DNA of 64,000 bases from Auanema rhodensis (taxonomy: Eukaryota; Animalia; Nematoda). Each line of letters opens with the position of its first letter. Position 1 is the first letter of the stretch. Positions 11,520-24,700 of this stretch are shown here, piece after piece. The position numbers and the translations under genes were made by a program. The notes under the pieces were generated by a model, which worked only from the letters and a program-made list of their open reading frames with translations, searched no databases and was not told where the DNA came from. The stretch is from NCBI GenBank assembly GCA_964057225.1, contig OZ059897.1, positions 11,470,001 through 11,534,000 of the forward strand, given 5' to 3'.

Positions 11520-12167
11520 ATGGTTTTCAGCTTCAAACTACCCAGTCAGACAACTGTAATAGGTGCTACCCAATGCGGTAAAACAACCCTCATAAAGCAC
11601 ATATGTGAAAATACTGAAAAGTTTTTCAACGTCCCCATTGATAGAATATTCTGGTTCAGTCAATGTGGGTCATCGTCAGGTGTACCAATAAATGATGAGC
11701 GTTTAATAATTATTCAAGGGCCACCTGATCCTGATTTAATAAAAGAACAAAAGGGAGTAAATACTATACTAGTGCTGGATGATTTGATAAACTTTTTTTC
11801 ATCGAATAAAGCAGCAAAGGAATTACTCAACAACATTTTTACAGTGTGGGCACATCACTGGAATTTGGCAGTGTTTAATCTTGTGCAAGCGGCATTTCAA
11901 CTGGACAGGACCAGTCGAATCAATAGTACATATATAATACTGATGAAAAGTCATTCAGATATATTACAAATACGTAATTGTCTGCAGCAATTATTTGGGC
12001 CACGTTTCAAAAATGCTCTAGAGGCGTATAATGATGCAATGTCTACTCCCTATAGTCATTTACTGATTGACAATCATCCTTTAACAAGTGAGAAGCAGCG
12101 TATACTATCTGATAGAACAGCGGAGAACCCTATTGTTTATGTTGCCAGAAATGTGTTTAGTGTTTAA
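11520..12167 (+). CDS. A32/FtsK-like genome-packaging ATPase, copy A
   Basis: Walker A GATQCGKT, Walker B LVLDD, RINSTY; ATG at 11520. Confidence 0.9.
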   Translation: MVFSFKLPSQTTVIGATQCGKTTLIKHICENTEKFFNVPIDRIFWFSQCGSSSGVPINDERLIIIQGPPDPDLIKEQKGVNTILVLDDLINFFSSNKAAKELLNNIFTVWAHHWNLAVFNLVQAAFQLDRTSRINSTYIILMKSHSDILQIRNCLQQLFGPRFKNALEAYNDAMSTPYSHLLIDNHPLTSEKQRILSDRTAENPIVYVARNVFSV

Positions 12168-12179
12168 AGTGCTTGTTCA

Positions 12180-12401
12180 ATGAGTGGTCGTATTTTGTCA
12201 AATTTCAACTTTTTGTCTTCTTGCGCCAAAACTCCTTGTTCTGTTTCCTCATTTTCTTTTGCACAAATTGAAATTATTGTTGAAATTGTATTTAATATTG
12301 TGAAAAATAATAATTTTCTTTTAACTAACAAGGAATATAAAACCCTCTTGCCCATATCTTCATTATTACGTCAAATGTGGTATTGCCTATTTTGGTTTTA
12401 A
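12180..12401 (+). pseudogene. PW-like small protein, truncated by deletion (the downstream 245-aa gene is also deleted)
   Basis: Matches 49870-50178 up to LLRQ, then jumps at deletion junctions near 12375 and 12405. Confidence 0.65.
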
Positions 12402-12404
12402 ATC

Positions 12405-13360
12405 ATGAAGCACGAAAACATGGCATTTCAAAGGTACAAGTTGATGATTTTTTGCAAGATTCTGAAACTTTTACACGACATAAACCAACCAGAATGCGTA
12501 TGCAGACTAAAAAGACTAGAGGATGTGGTCGATTTCTAACAGTGCAAGCAGATTTGGTTGATATGCAAAAATATAAAAAATTAAACGACGGCTATGCTTA
12601 CATGTTGACCATGATTGATGTTTATACACGCATATTATATGTTAGGCCTTTGAAAACTAAAGGTGGTATAGAGGTTGCTAGTGCATTTGAAAGTTTATTC
12701 AAGAATTTTATACCAATTCAGTTGATTACTGATAATGGCACAGAGTTTTATAATAGTCATTGTGAAAAACTATTCAAAAAGTTTGCCATACTGCACGGAT
12801 CTAGAAGTTCACCACAAAAGGCTGCAATGGTGGAGCGAGCAAATAGAACTTTAAAAACCCGCATGATGAAATATCTCTATTACAAGAATAATCATCGTTG
12901 GATTGATATCCTAGATGATTTGGTTGAAGGAATAAACAAATCTTATAATCGGTCAATTAAAATGCGGCCCATTGATGTTAAAGCAAATATATTCATTGAA
13001 GAATATGCACCAGCTGTTAAAAGCCGCTTTAAAATTGGTGATACTGTTCGCATAAGCAAAAATAGGCGTACTTTTGAAAAAAGCTACGAGTCTGGATATA
13101 CAATGGAGCTATTCACAATTGATGAGGTTGTAACCGGAAACCCAACCGTGTATAAACTTGTAGATTATAATGGTGAACGTATAAAGGAAACATTCTACGA
13201 ACCTGAACTTGTCTTGGCTACTAATAAAAGTAACAAGTACTATATAGAAAAAGTTTTAAAAGAGCGTACTCGGAGCGGTAAACGTCAAGTTTTTGTAAAA
13301 TGGAGTGGATATCCCGACAACTTTAATGAATGGATAGATGCAGAAAATTTAAATGTATAA
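12405..13360 (+). CDS. RVE integrase with C-terminal chromodomain, copy A (N-terminus deleted)
   Basis: QADLVD, TDNGTEF, VERANRTLK triad; KIGDTVRI; YYIEKVL...VKWSGYP...NEWI chromodomain. Confidence 0.9.
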
Positions 13361-13655
13361 TTTTTCAATGTTATAAACAATTGTAATTATAATAAATGAT
13401 TTATTTGATATATCGCATAATGTAACAATAAAAAACCAGCAAAATACAAACAACAATTCAACCTGCAAAAAAAAAAATGTAGACTATTCAAATTTTCAAA
13501 TTCTTACCAGTTGGTTGATCATTCGTCCACAATTGATGAGCCATTGATGGATATTCGCAAGAGCTGGAAAAAAAAATGTTACGGCTGAGAATATAAAAAT
13601 GCCACATAACAAAACAAAAATAAAACGCCAATTGTACTATTTGTGCTTGTTGTAG

Positions 13656-14241
13656 TCAAAATGAAGGATCAAAGCGGATAAACATGTTCAGGTTGAGTGC
13701 TTCAGGACTTAGTTTAAAGTAGAATACATTCTGCTTATAACCAAAAGTCTTTACAGTAGCCTCATCTGCATATATAACAATATAGCCCATATTGTTCAAC
13801 AATTGCTTGCACGTCATGGTGTTATAAGAGCGCATCTAAAAAAATTATAAAATTGAAAATAAATAAATATGCAAGCTTACATTAATAGAAAAGGTTTCGG
13901 GCTTATAGTGACGAAACTCCTTCAAAAGACCCAACGCATCATTCCTTCCTCTACACTTTATACAGAGGCTGAAACAGTGATACTCGTCTATAACCTGCAA
14001 TGATTCCCTACAAGTTTTGCAGAGACAAATTGGTCTCATTAATACACTCCTTGGTGGAGTGCTCTCTCTCAGAATCTCCATCTGCTTTATTGGTGAATCT
14101 AAATTAAAGATTTAAAAAAGACAAGTTAAGGTTCATACCAAAACTTGTGAAATTTGGAGCTGGTGTGGGTGGTCGTGGTACTTCAGGTTCAGGCGATTTG
14201 CGCACAACATTTGTCACATCAGCAAGTACAGCACGCTTCAT
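13656..14241 (-). CDS. Spliced 166-aa Maverick accessory protein (D-box, CDK sites, Cys cluster)
   Basis: Exons 14241-14139, 14098-13881, 13835-13656 join in frame with GT-AG introns; last exon conserved at protein level in copy B (52411-52232). Further upstream exons possible. Confidence 0.7.
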
Positions 14242-14875
14242 TTCCGCTAAAGATCCAACTTTCTAAAATATAAGGCAAACTTGCAGAGAGGAGCAGTCTA
14301 TGGCGATTGGCAAAGAGTGGCAGGAGATGGTGAAACGTCGGATCCTCGGATAGTTGGCAGAGCTGAAATGTAAATGTAGCAAAATTGCCAACCTTTTATA
14401 CAAAGATTTTTGTAAAGTACAACCCATTGTGTTACAATCAAGTTTGCTGATGAAATTCTCTTATTAATTAGATTTTACAGCATATTTATGCAGATATACT
14501 CATCTCATCGACAGTTGCCAGCAGTTGGCGCACTCTGAACCTGTAAACAATCTGCATATTAATTAGTTTTTACATCTCTTTTAACATTATTGTTTACCGT
14601 TTGTGCCATAAACAACAGCCATCTCTGTAAAACATTTAGGCTTTTTAAACTTTGCTTAATAGCTCATATATTATTCATAGTATACTTTTACACCCATATT
14701 GTAGCACAAAACATATGACTGCCAACGTTTTATATGTGAAAAATATTTCATTCTTGAATATTTAATAATGATTATATTACGAAACTAAAACTTTTGAAAT
14801 GTTAAAATGATTATACTATATTTAGAACCCCACAGTGCAGTTATTAGTGTTTATTAACCATCGATATGCGTGGCG

Positions 14876-15841
14876 TTGAGGTCAGCGCAACTGTTTGCTA
14901 ATCTTATTGTATTTACCTTCAATGTGTGCTCTATTTAGTTATTGTATTGTTATATTAGTAAAATAAAGTTTAAAACTAATCTTTTATTATAATTTGAAAC
15001 TTTTACTTGTTAGAATAAATATAATTAATAACAATTTGTAATTTCAAAAATTAATAATTTAATGTCATTCTTATCGAATAAACCTTCGATATGTGTTCCA
15101 TTGAATTTTGGTATTTCATATCGTTCTTATCGAATTAACCTTCGATATGTGTTCCATTGAATTTTGGTATCTCATATCGTTCTTATCGAATTAACTTTCG
15201 ATATGTGTTCTATTGAATTATCCATAACAAGTACGGTGAACAAAACGATATACATGCAAAAATTTTATTGTTCTTTAAAATAAAAACAATACAAAAACAA
15301 CACAATAAAAAATAAACAAAATAAGTAAACAAACATAATTAATAAATATAATAAATGAATAAATGAATAAAATTTTAAAACAAATTTATATATTTAAAAT
15401 TTAAATATAATTTATATATAAAATTTAAAGTTTAAATATAATTTATATATATAAAATTTAAATATAATTTAAATATTTAAAGTTTAAATATAATTTATAT
15501 ATATATAAAATTTAAATATAATTTAAATATTTAAAATTAAGATTTTTATTTTTACTTAATATATTTAAAAATAATTAAAAATATATACCTACATTTGAAA
15601 AAGCATATTTAAATTTGATTTAAAAAAAAAAATCATGCTTTAAATCATGATTTTCAAATTTAAAAAAGGAGAATCCATGAACCATGATCCCAAAATATGA
15701 TTTTAACAGCTGACGCTCAAAAATATGTTTTTGACAGCTGACGCGCCCCAAAAGTATGTTTTTAGCAGCTGACGCCCCCAAAAGTATGTTTTTGACAGCT
15801 GTTTGGGGGCGTGGTTAGTAAATTTTGCACGGCTCTCTACT
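14876..15841 (-). repeat. Right TIR of Maverick A
   Basis: Mirror of 1774-2743, ending GCACGGCTCTCTACT. Confidence 0.92.
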
Positions 15842-15861
15842 GAGAGAAATCAGAACTGATT

Positions 15862-16255
15862 TCATTCTGCTAATTCCTCCGCAAACTGCAGCTTGCATAA
15901 TACACCAGGATGATCGTGGTCCAGTCCGCTTCCTTTGCACACATGACATATTTTCTTCATCTTCTCCACACACGGTTTTCCAAAGTGGTTCCGCAAACAC
16001 TTCAAGCACATGTTGATCAACTTGCAACGCTTGACGCGTTGTGCTGCAGTCTTGTAGACTGTGCATTTTCCCATGGTGTGGCCCTTCTTCCAACAGAGTT
16101 GACATTTCATGTCTTCTTCCATTTTTCTCTACTTCACTTTAGAGTTGTTCTGCTTTTTTGGTGCAGACATATTCTGACTTTTGTTAGGCATCTTTGCGTT
16201 GCCGTTATCCTGGAGTTGATCAAGGGAATCGCTCCATTCTTTAATGTTATCAAGA
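15862..16255 (-). pseudogene. 3' accessory exon of the BEL element encoding three Gag-like zinc knuckles
   Basis: CQLC..GH...C, CLKC..NH...C, CHVC...H...C; TTTCAG acceptor before 16255; one in-frame TAG near 16130. Confidence 0.6.
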
Positions 16256-16418
16256 CTGAAATAATGATGGTTTTTATACATAGTATACCTCCCCCCGGCG
16301 AAATGATAAATTGTGTAGGACTGGTGTAAATCAAATTGAACAATCGTTTGCTATGATAGGGAACTAAGAAATCGAGAAAATAAATCGAGGACTCACTGGG
16401 TGTTGAACCCGTCATCAA

Positions 16419-18770
16419 TCACTGAGAGTGCGTACCCTTAGCCACTGCGCTATGACTGGCTCGAACTACAATCTTGAACAACAAATGAATTGTGAAAAAA
16501 ATGATGCGAAAAGGAATTGCGCAGATAATAAGTATTTGTATGGGTAAATATGCTGAGAGAGCGGGTGTACTTGACAACTGGAAGACGCGGTCAATTACGG
16601 CGGTTACAAAGCCGAGTACTGTGATCAAAACACTCAATAGTATTACAATCGTTTTAAGGTAGTCCGAGTAAAACGAAACAAGTGAGCTGATTAAGTGAGT
16701 GGGTACAAAAAAGCTCGGTATGGTAAACTCGACGTTCAGGAGACTGAATGAACTGTTTGTAATCTGATAAGTGGACTGTTCAAAACCTATGTATTCGTTC
16801 ACGTAGTACAAGTTGCCTTTGAGATGTAATGTGGCGGAAGTACACGGATGAGTACACGTTATAGACGGTGTTGAAAAATTGCTCTGTATGCGAATAGAGT
16901 TGTTGTAACCCTGAAAATTGCATGTAAGCAGAAATTCTTCATCGTCGCACGAAATTCGAATGTGGGATGATGTACTGATGCAAGTAATGATTGTTGTTGC
17001 TCCAGTAACACAGTCAAAACATCCAACTAGGTCTTTGGATTTTAGTTCGCAAATAGTAGGACTATTGTCGTATTCATAAGTGACATCTGAGATATTTGTC
17101 CACATTTTAATGTCAACAGCGCTTATGGGATGAGCAAAAATGAGATTGTTTTTTTGGGATCATGGTCAGAGATGGAAGAGATAATGGTAGGGTGTAGTTA
17201 TTAGTATAGAGCTTGTTAGGATTGTTGTCCTGACAATAGCAATTTTCGACTGTTTCGGCTGGTCTGCATGAACATGTGTCTGTTGCAGTACATTCGGAGA
17301 ATGGGTCAGCGGTTTTAACTTTTCCGCACGAGTATGAAAATGTAGCAGAGTGAGGTAAAACTGCAATTCTCGAGTTGGAAGTAATGAATCGTCTATGGAG
17401 GATTTCATTATCAGAATATGTTATTCTCCCAAGAGTAATATGGTACCCATTAATGATTTTTGTAGAGTGTGGTAAAAAGGGGACGTGCGAGATCGTTTCA
17501 GTTTTGTTCTCAATAGCTGTATGGATGCTAATCTGGAGAAAAACCCTAGGTGTCCATCGTGAGCAGTAGAAAACTTCGTGGGTAATATTGCCATTGGGAA
17601 CATGAAAGTTGCGATAGAAGAGACAACCAGAAGTTGGCAACGCACAACCGCATGATAGAAATCCACAGCTTTCTGAACAATAGCTGGTACCTGGATATTG
17701 GTTGGCTAATGAGAGTTCTGAGATTGATGTATTGGGTCGAACGTTCGCACAAAACGATCCTACACAAGAGCCCATATGGGGACACCGTTTTGCGGATTCA
17801 GTTTTTACGATGGTGTGACGTGTAAAAAATAAGGATACTTTTGTGCACAGTATACGTGTATACATAAGTTTGATGCGCAGGTGTGAGTTCGTGAGGGGAT
17901 TGGCGTATGATCGGTTTGAATGTGAAGTTGTAAAACATACCTCATTATCGTAAGTATGGAGGGTGGTGGAGCTGCTGACTTGGTTGACTTGGTGGGTAGG
18001 TGATAAGTTCGAGACGGAGTTGCCTGGAACATGTGATATACTCGGAGGAACAATAGTACATGCATTAACTACAAGAGATTCAATCAAAAAAATGACGATT
18101 ATTGCAACAAAAAGATACCCGACTCGGTGAACTAATCGGTCACGTTGTCGTGATCGTTGTGAGGGTGTAGACTTCTGCCATCGAGGTAGCTTGTGAGAAC
18201 TGAGCGGGACGTACTCGAGTACCGATCGTTCTTCCTGAATAGAGATATGAAATCTTATATGAGAGGGGAGACATTGAGTGATCATACGCCAAACGGAAAA
18301 AAGGGTGTATTGTGCAATATGAACAAATTTTTTAGAACAAATTCGGATGACTATGATGCTTAAAAGAATGCTAAATAGAATGAGCCATATGATGAGTGCG
18401 GTCGCCGAGAGTGCTGCGTATGGGAAACAAGATGGGTTGTGGAGTAGTTCAAGACAGAACAGACATTGAATCATATCGCAAAACGGAGTTGCTGGACAAT
18501 CAAGTTGATGCAATGCAAATGTGTCATTTTTATCGATAATATGTCGTGAGATGAATGTGTGGTCATGCAATACAACATGAGCCGGAAATACTATGGTGAA
18601 GTTGGGAGTATTTGGGTTGTACTCTACACATGTTTCCCGGGCACAAACTCGGATGGGATGTCCAGTACCGCAGTTTGATATGCCTACTCCTCCTTTGATG
18701 CAAGAGAACTGGCAGATGTTGGTTGTGGACATTGGATTGACGAGAATACCCAGTATCATGGCTATGAAAA
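16419..18770 (-). pseudogene. Env: phlebovirus Gn/Gc-like class II fusion glycoprotein (frameshift near 17110)
   Basis: KRCPHMGSC, CSESCGFLSCGCALPTSGCLFYR fusion-loop-like region, internal signal/TM segments and C-terminal TMs, as in nematode BEL/Cer env. Confidence 0.85.
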
Positions 18771-21700
18771 AATGTGTGTAACTGGGGAGACGTCGTCGTT
18801 TTCGAGGTTGTGGTTCATTTTCACCTTCATCATCTGCAATGGTGATCACTTCGATGTCATCATCATCGTTGATAGTGATAACGTTTGGGTCTATCACGTT
18901 TTCAGTTGTATTGGGTCCGGTCGATGTGCTGGTTTCCACAACAAGTTTCCACAAGGATGATACTTCGTTATCGAGTAAAATGACCTCTGGAGTTTCTTTA
19001 AACGTGACAGTTTTGTCTGATTTGTGTGGGGACTGCGTATGCCTGTTTTCCGTATGATGCTCGTTGTCGGAAGGAATTTCAAGGGGAATCAGGCGATTGA
19101 TGGGTCTAAATAGTTTGTGTCCATCAGATGTACGGACTTCTGCAACTCTCACAGATTCCGTGTTCTGTATGCTTGTTATTAAACCCATTTTCCACTGGTT
19201 TCGTTTCGTATTGTCATCTGACATTAGCACTACTGTGCCTACTTTTGGTGTAGCTGTGGAGAAATGTCCTTGCTTGTGATCCAACATGTGTGTTGCTCGA
19301 AGGGCGACGACATATTCATTATGCCATCGTTGCCAAAATTTGTCAAGTGTTTTCTGAATGTTGTTTAACCGATCTATGCAGTCTCGCCTGGATCGTAAAT
19401 GAGTGGGCAGTTCACTGAGTTCTATGTCGAGGATTGTAACTGATGTGTTCGTTTGTAGAAAGTCGATCGGTCGAATGGGAGATAGATCGGTTGTGGTATT
19501 AAAGGTGTATGTTAATGGTCGAGTATTTACAATTTGTTCAACCTCTGTCACAATCGTTGAAAACATGTGGGCTTTACATGATGTTGTTAGACTAGTTCTA
19601 AGAGCCGATTTCATGATACCGACCATCCTCTCGTAAAAACCACCTTTCCAAGGTGCCAACGGAGTGATGAACTTCCAAGTTACCTTGTGATGCGTCAGAT
19701 ACGTGTCGACGTTTGGATCTTGTATGAGAGCAAAGATTTTCTGACAGAGGGTAAAATTAGACCCGTTATCGCTCCAGATGAGATCAGGAGAACCTCTTCG
19801 AGAGATGAATCTGCGAAGTGCTAACAAGGTTTCGGATGCGGATAGGTCTTGTACCACTTCAAGATGGATAGCGCGTGTGGCCATACAGGTGACAAGCATA
19901 ATCCATCTTTTCTCTGTGATGTGACGTGTGTCATCGTGTATGTTGAAGGGACCAGCAAGATCAATGCCGCAATTTTGAAAGGGGTTACTGCGTTGTACTC
20001 TCTCAGGAGGAAGTGAGGACATGTTGGGGTATTTGAATGGTCGTCCATGAAGTTTTTTACAAACCGCGCATTGTTTCAAAATGTTCTGTACCTTGCGGGG
20101 AAGTCTTGGTAACCAAAATCGTCGTATTTCGGAACGTAAATGATTACCACCGGCGTGGAAAAGTTTGGTGTGCATGTCTCTTATCATGATAGAAGCAAAT
20201 GGGTGATTATCCGGTATGAAACTAGGATGTATACAATCCTCCTCAGCTTCCATGTGTTCCAGTCTACCTTTGCATCGAATGACACCCAATTCATCGTGAT
20301 AGAGGCCAAGGTGTTTCCATCTCTTGTCTTCTATATCTACTGTACTCTGTACATCAATATAAGTAACTCTCTCTGCTTCCTTATATTCTTCAGCTGATAT
20401 TGTTGAAGGGTTTAGAGCGATCTCGTTGTCGTTGTTGATGCGATGTAGACGTCGTTGTTGTAAGAGTTGTATAAACCGAAGTACGTATGCGGTTGTTCGT
20501 ATGAGACATGTTAATCGCGAGCTTTGATATCGGAAAATTGATGGATCGTCGACAAATGTAGTGATGGAGGTACTAGCGATCAGTACTTGTGAGTCGTCCT
20601 CTACATAAGTATAGGGTCTGGTCATCTCCCATTCTTTGTCGTGCGTTTGTGAGAATTTCGGTCCTGTGAACCATGTGGATTTGTCAATGTTTTCCCTTGT
20701 AAGTCCACGCGTTGCGTGATCAGCTGGGTTGTGGTCTGTATCGACGTGGTAAATAAAGAAATTATAACTGTCTTTGACTTTATCAATGATAACGCGACAC
20801 GATCTAACTCGGTTATCGACGAATATTCCTGCATCAGGATTTGGTTTGCATACCCACGCAAGTGATATTTCCGAATCTGAGAAGATTCGTACGATCGATA
20901 TGTTCAATTTACTTTCTTGTAACAGAAACTCAATGATGTGACATCCGATAAAAAATGAAAGTAGTTCAAGTCTAGGAATAGTGAGCGGTTGCTTTTTATT
21001 TTTATCTGTTTTCTGCGATTTGCTTTTGTTCTGTGGTGCTAATCGCTGTTTCGCTATGAGGAAGTGTACTCCGGTAACATGAGATTTTTGGTCTAGTGTA
21101 CGTAGATATCCTACCGCACCGTATCCGATAGTACTAGCATCTACAAAAATGCAGAGTTCGTTCACGTGGTCATTGCGAATGTTTCGAGGTACGTGGTATC
21201 GGTATCCATGAACCGAACTGCATATCTGTTTCCATTCACGTTGAAGGTCGGGAGAGATTGGTTCATCCCATGCGTAACCGAGTGTCCACAGTTTTTGTAA
21301 GAAGTGTCGTGATAATAAGATTAAAGGACTCAACCATCCTACTGGATCAAATGTTTTGTGCGCTGTACTGAGTACCAGTCGCTTGGTTATACTGTCACCT
21401 GTATAATCCATTTGAAGTGCAAGACTGAATGTGTCTAGGTGTGAGTCCCAATAAATTCCCAAAACTTTTTGCAGTACCTTCTCTGCTTTGTCATGTTTTG
21501 GAATGCTTTTCATAGTGTTCTCGTCATTAGTACAAAATTCTCTCAAGTTCATCTTCATATCGTTGAACGCAGACTTACACTGTATGTATAACATTACTCC
21601 TTGTTAGGTCTCATCAAAGGTGAGAATGAGATTGTCTACATAAAGATTATCTATGATACAACTCGTAAGTTGTGTGTCTGAATGGGATTTCAGCCCAAAT

Positions 21701-24700
21701 TGGATTGCGCCAGCGAGGAGGAATGGAGAAGCATTGACTCCGAATGGTACTCTGTTAAATCGGAACACCCGTATATTATCCTGTTCAGGTGGTAACGAAA
21801 GATCGTGAAGCCAAAGGAATCGAGTGGCGTCTTTTTCGGTGTTATTAAGATGTACCGAAGATGTGAAAGGCCTTCTCAACGTCACTGATGATCATGTATT
21901 TTCCAAACCTGCATCGTAACAATAGACCTGTTAGATTTGGTAAGATTGTGAGACCCTGATGTATAACATTATTCAATGATAGTTCTCCTCGTCGATGAGA
22001 GGATGCATCAAGTACTATACGTACTTTGGTAGTGTTACTCGACAACTTAACTACCGCTTGATGCGGTATATAATAAGTTGGGGAGCTATCAGGGTGAATA
22101 GGTGCGTCTTCAATGATATTACTCTTCAATTGCTGTTAAAAAATTTCATTGTATTTTGCCCACATTTCGGGATTGCTCTTTGCGTGATTGAATTGTTGTC
22201 GCAGTCTAGCTAATGCGATACTGTAGTTATCGGCCAGTTGCGTGTTTGTTTTCCTTCCACGGAAAGGATACGTGTACGCCTTCCCATGTCTTTCTTACTT
22301 GTTCATTGAACTGGCTCAGTACCCCTTGTTGTTCTTCTTCGATTGATATGTTGTCTCGAATCCCAATAAATTCCATGGACCACATTTTTGTGAGATCAAC
22401 ATCGTCATGTATTTTTGTTGTGCATGTGATTACATTATCCGCGTATGTGGGGTTGTTGTTATCTATGTCATACCTTCCCGATAGTGTATATCCAAAGAAA
22501 GTGGGGTGAGCGACTAGATTGCAATCTGGCAATTGCATAATTGGTTCCTCATATATGGTACTCGCATGGACCTCAGCAATGCCCAAGATGATATCAATCT
22601 CTATAGGATCATTCAAGTTGCGAGATAAGTAGCCAATGTTCTGGCGTATAAAACGCTGATCGGCATTTGTCAGTCTTAACGGTTGTATGGCTGAAAGAAC
22701 CTTATCCATTATAACGCATGGGGCAGATATGCACGCTCCATCGTTATTGTAGAGATCGATCATAATAGCTTGCGTGTCTTTAAGAAGAAATTGTTCCCCC
22801 GCGGTTTCCATTCTCATGCGTACATCTTCATCGAATGGTAATCCCAAGCGGTTGATCAACTCTCTACGTACGATAGCTACTTGTGAACCCGAATCCAACA
22901 AGGCGTATACATGATGTGGATTATCGTGGCAATCAAATACTGTCACACTGACTACTCCAACGTGGTTTCGTCTGAATTCAAAGGCCTTGTCATTGACTGG
23001 TCCTGATGTATTTGAAATGTGGTCGTAAGGGTAAGTGAGTGCAGTAGCAGTCGAGATATGTTGGCGTGGGGAGTGAGCTCTGTATTGTTTTCGTTGTGGG
23101 TAAGGTGATCTGCTCCGTGAATATGAGGGTGATTTGCTTCTCGATGAGTGTCTCATAGACGCACTGCGGTCTTTTCTGTTGTTTTCGTTGTTCCGATGAG
23201 GTGATCTTCTTGTATTAGCCTCAAAACTTCTGTACGTTTGTGGTGGATGCCGATTCATCCTATCCTTCGAGTGAGTTCTAGTCCTACTATTACTCCGGGA
23301 TTGAGAATCGCGTTGACACAGAGACTCATGATGTGTTTTGTCACAGCGGTGACAATTCGGTGCGTGACATCCAATGGCTGAGTGTATCTTCGAAAAACAT
23401 TTGAAGCATAGCTGTTTGGATACAGCTATCTTCTTCCTTTCTTCTACCGATTGAATAGAATAACATTTGGTGGGAGAATGATTGCCAAGACAGAGATTGC
23501 ATTTCTGGTTATTGAACTGTTCTCGCCGACTAGTGTGTAGTTGTCCTGCTGCAATATGAAGAGTATTGCTATTTCTCTGACTCATTGCATTTTTATCGGC
23601 TTCTTCAAGCTGCAATGCTTTTGCGGCTTCCGTGATGTATTCAATGATTGACGTAATTGTAGTATGTTGTTTCGATTTGTATATGCTGTTATAGATGTGT
23701 CGAGGTACTTTTGAGAAGAGTATGACGCGAAGTCCTGTGTGATCTACATTAGGACTGTATCGTATCCTCATCGATATGATTTGATCAGCTTTGCGGATCG
23801 TATGTAGTATCGAAGCACTATTGTCTAGTGCTGCCGGTAAGGCTCTCAGTGAATCGTATAGTTTAGAGTCTAACATAGAGGGGTTCATGTACTCTTCCAT
23901 GAGGATGGCCTTTGCCTTACTGTAACTCTCACCAATGCGTGGCAAGCACAGTAAACATTCTTCAGCTGGACCAGAAAGTCTGTCGAGCAAAATGGAAAAC
24001 TTTTCAATCTCTGACAAGGGTTGAACATCAATAACTGCTGTGAACAACTCCCAAAATCCAAGAAAGTCTTCTGGATTAACGTTGAAATGTGGTACTTTAA
24101 CTGTTGGAAGACGAGGCGTGAGTATTGATGTTTGTACAGTAGGTGGGATCGAAGATTGTCGTGTTATGTTCTGTTGCATAGTTGACCAATGATCGGGAAC
24201 ATTATTTGTATGTTGTTCGACTGTAATTGGTCGAGAATCGTAGTGCGCGTGTCGCAATGGTGAGAGAGCTTTCCGCTTATTAGCTGCTCCAAGTGGGGTT
24301 CCAACATTGTCAGCATCAGCTCTAGCTCTTTTCAAGCTATGAGAACCAGTACTCAGATTGTTAAAAGAATGAACAAGATCATTTTCTGATATCGGCATTA
24401 GGTCATCGTTCAAAAGAGTGGAGTTACTGTTTGGTTCCAGCATTGAAATATCGTGCTGAGGAGATGCGATCATAACGTCACTATTGTTCGCTCGAGTAGT
24501 GTACACTCGTTTTGGAGTAGGTTGTCTTTGTGTGGAACCGATTTCATCAGAACTTGTGCTTTGTGTTCTGTGTCGTCGTGTTCTATCTGGTGTGATGTTC
24601 AAATGTTTTTGTATTCCAGAAAAGAAACTCATCTCTAAATTTTTTCTGGAGTATTTCATTCTGTTCATGTCATTTTGCAATGTTGTTGAGTCATGTACTG

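Larger units (their letters stand above)
1774..15841 (+). mobile_element. Maverick/Polinton copy A (14.07 kb), decayed
   Basis: AGTAGAGAG...CTCTCTACT termini with long TIRs; encodes pPolB, MCP, protease, penton, packaging ATPase and RVE integrase; several internal deletions and stops; no TSD (CTTATT vs GAGAGA). Confidence 0.95.

Noticed and set aside
1768-15847. 6-bp TSD for Maverick A
   Set aside because: Flanks CTTATT and GAGAGA differ; no pair of termini in the window shares a direct TSD.
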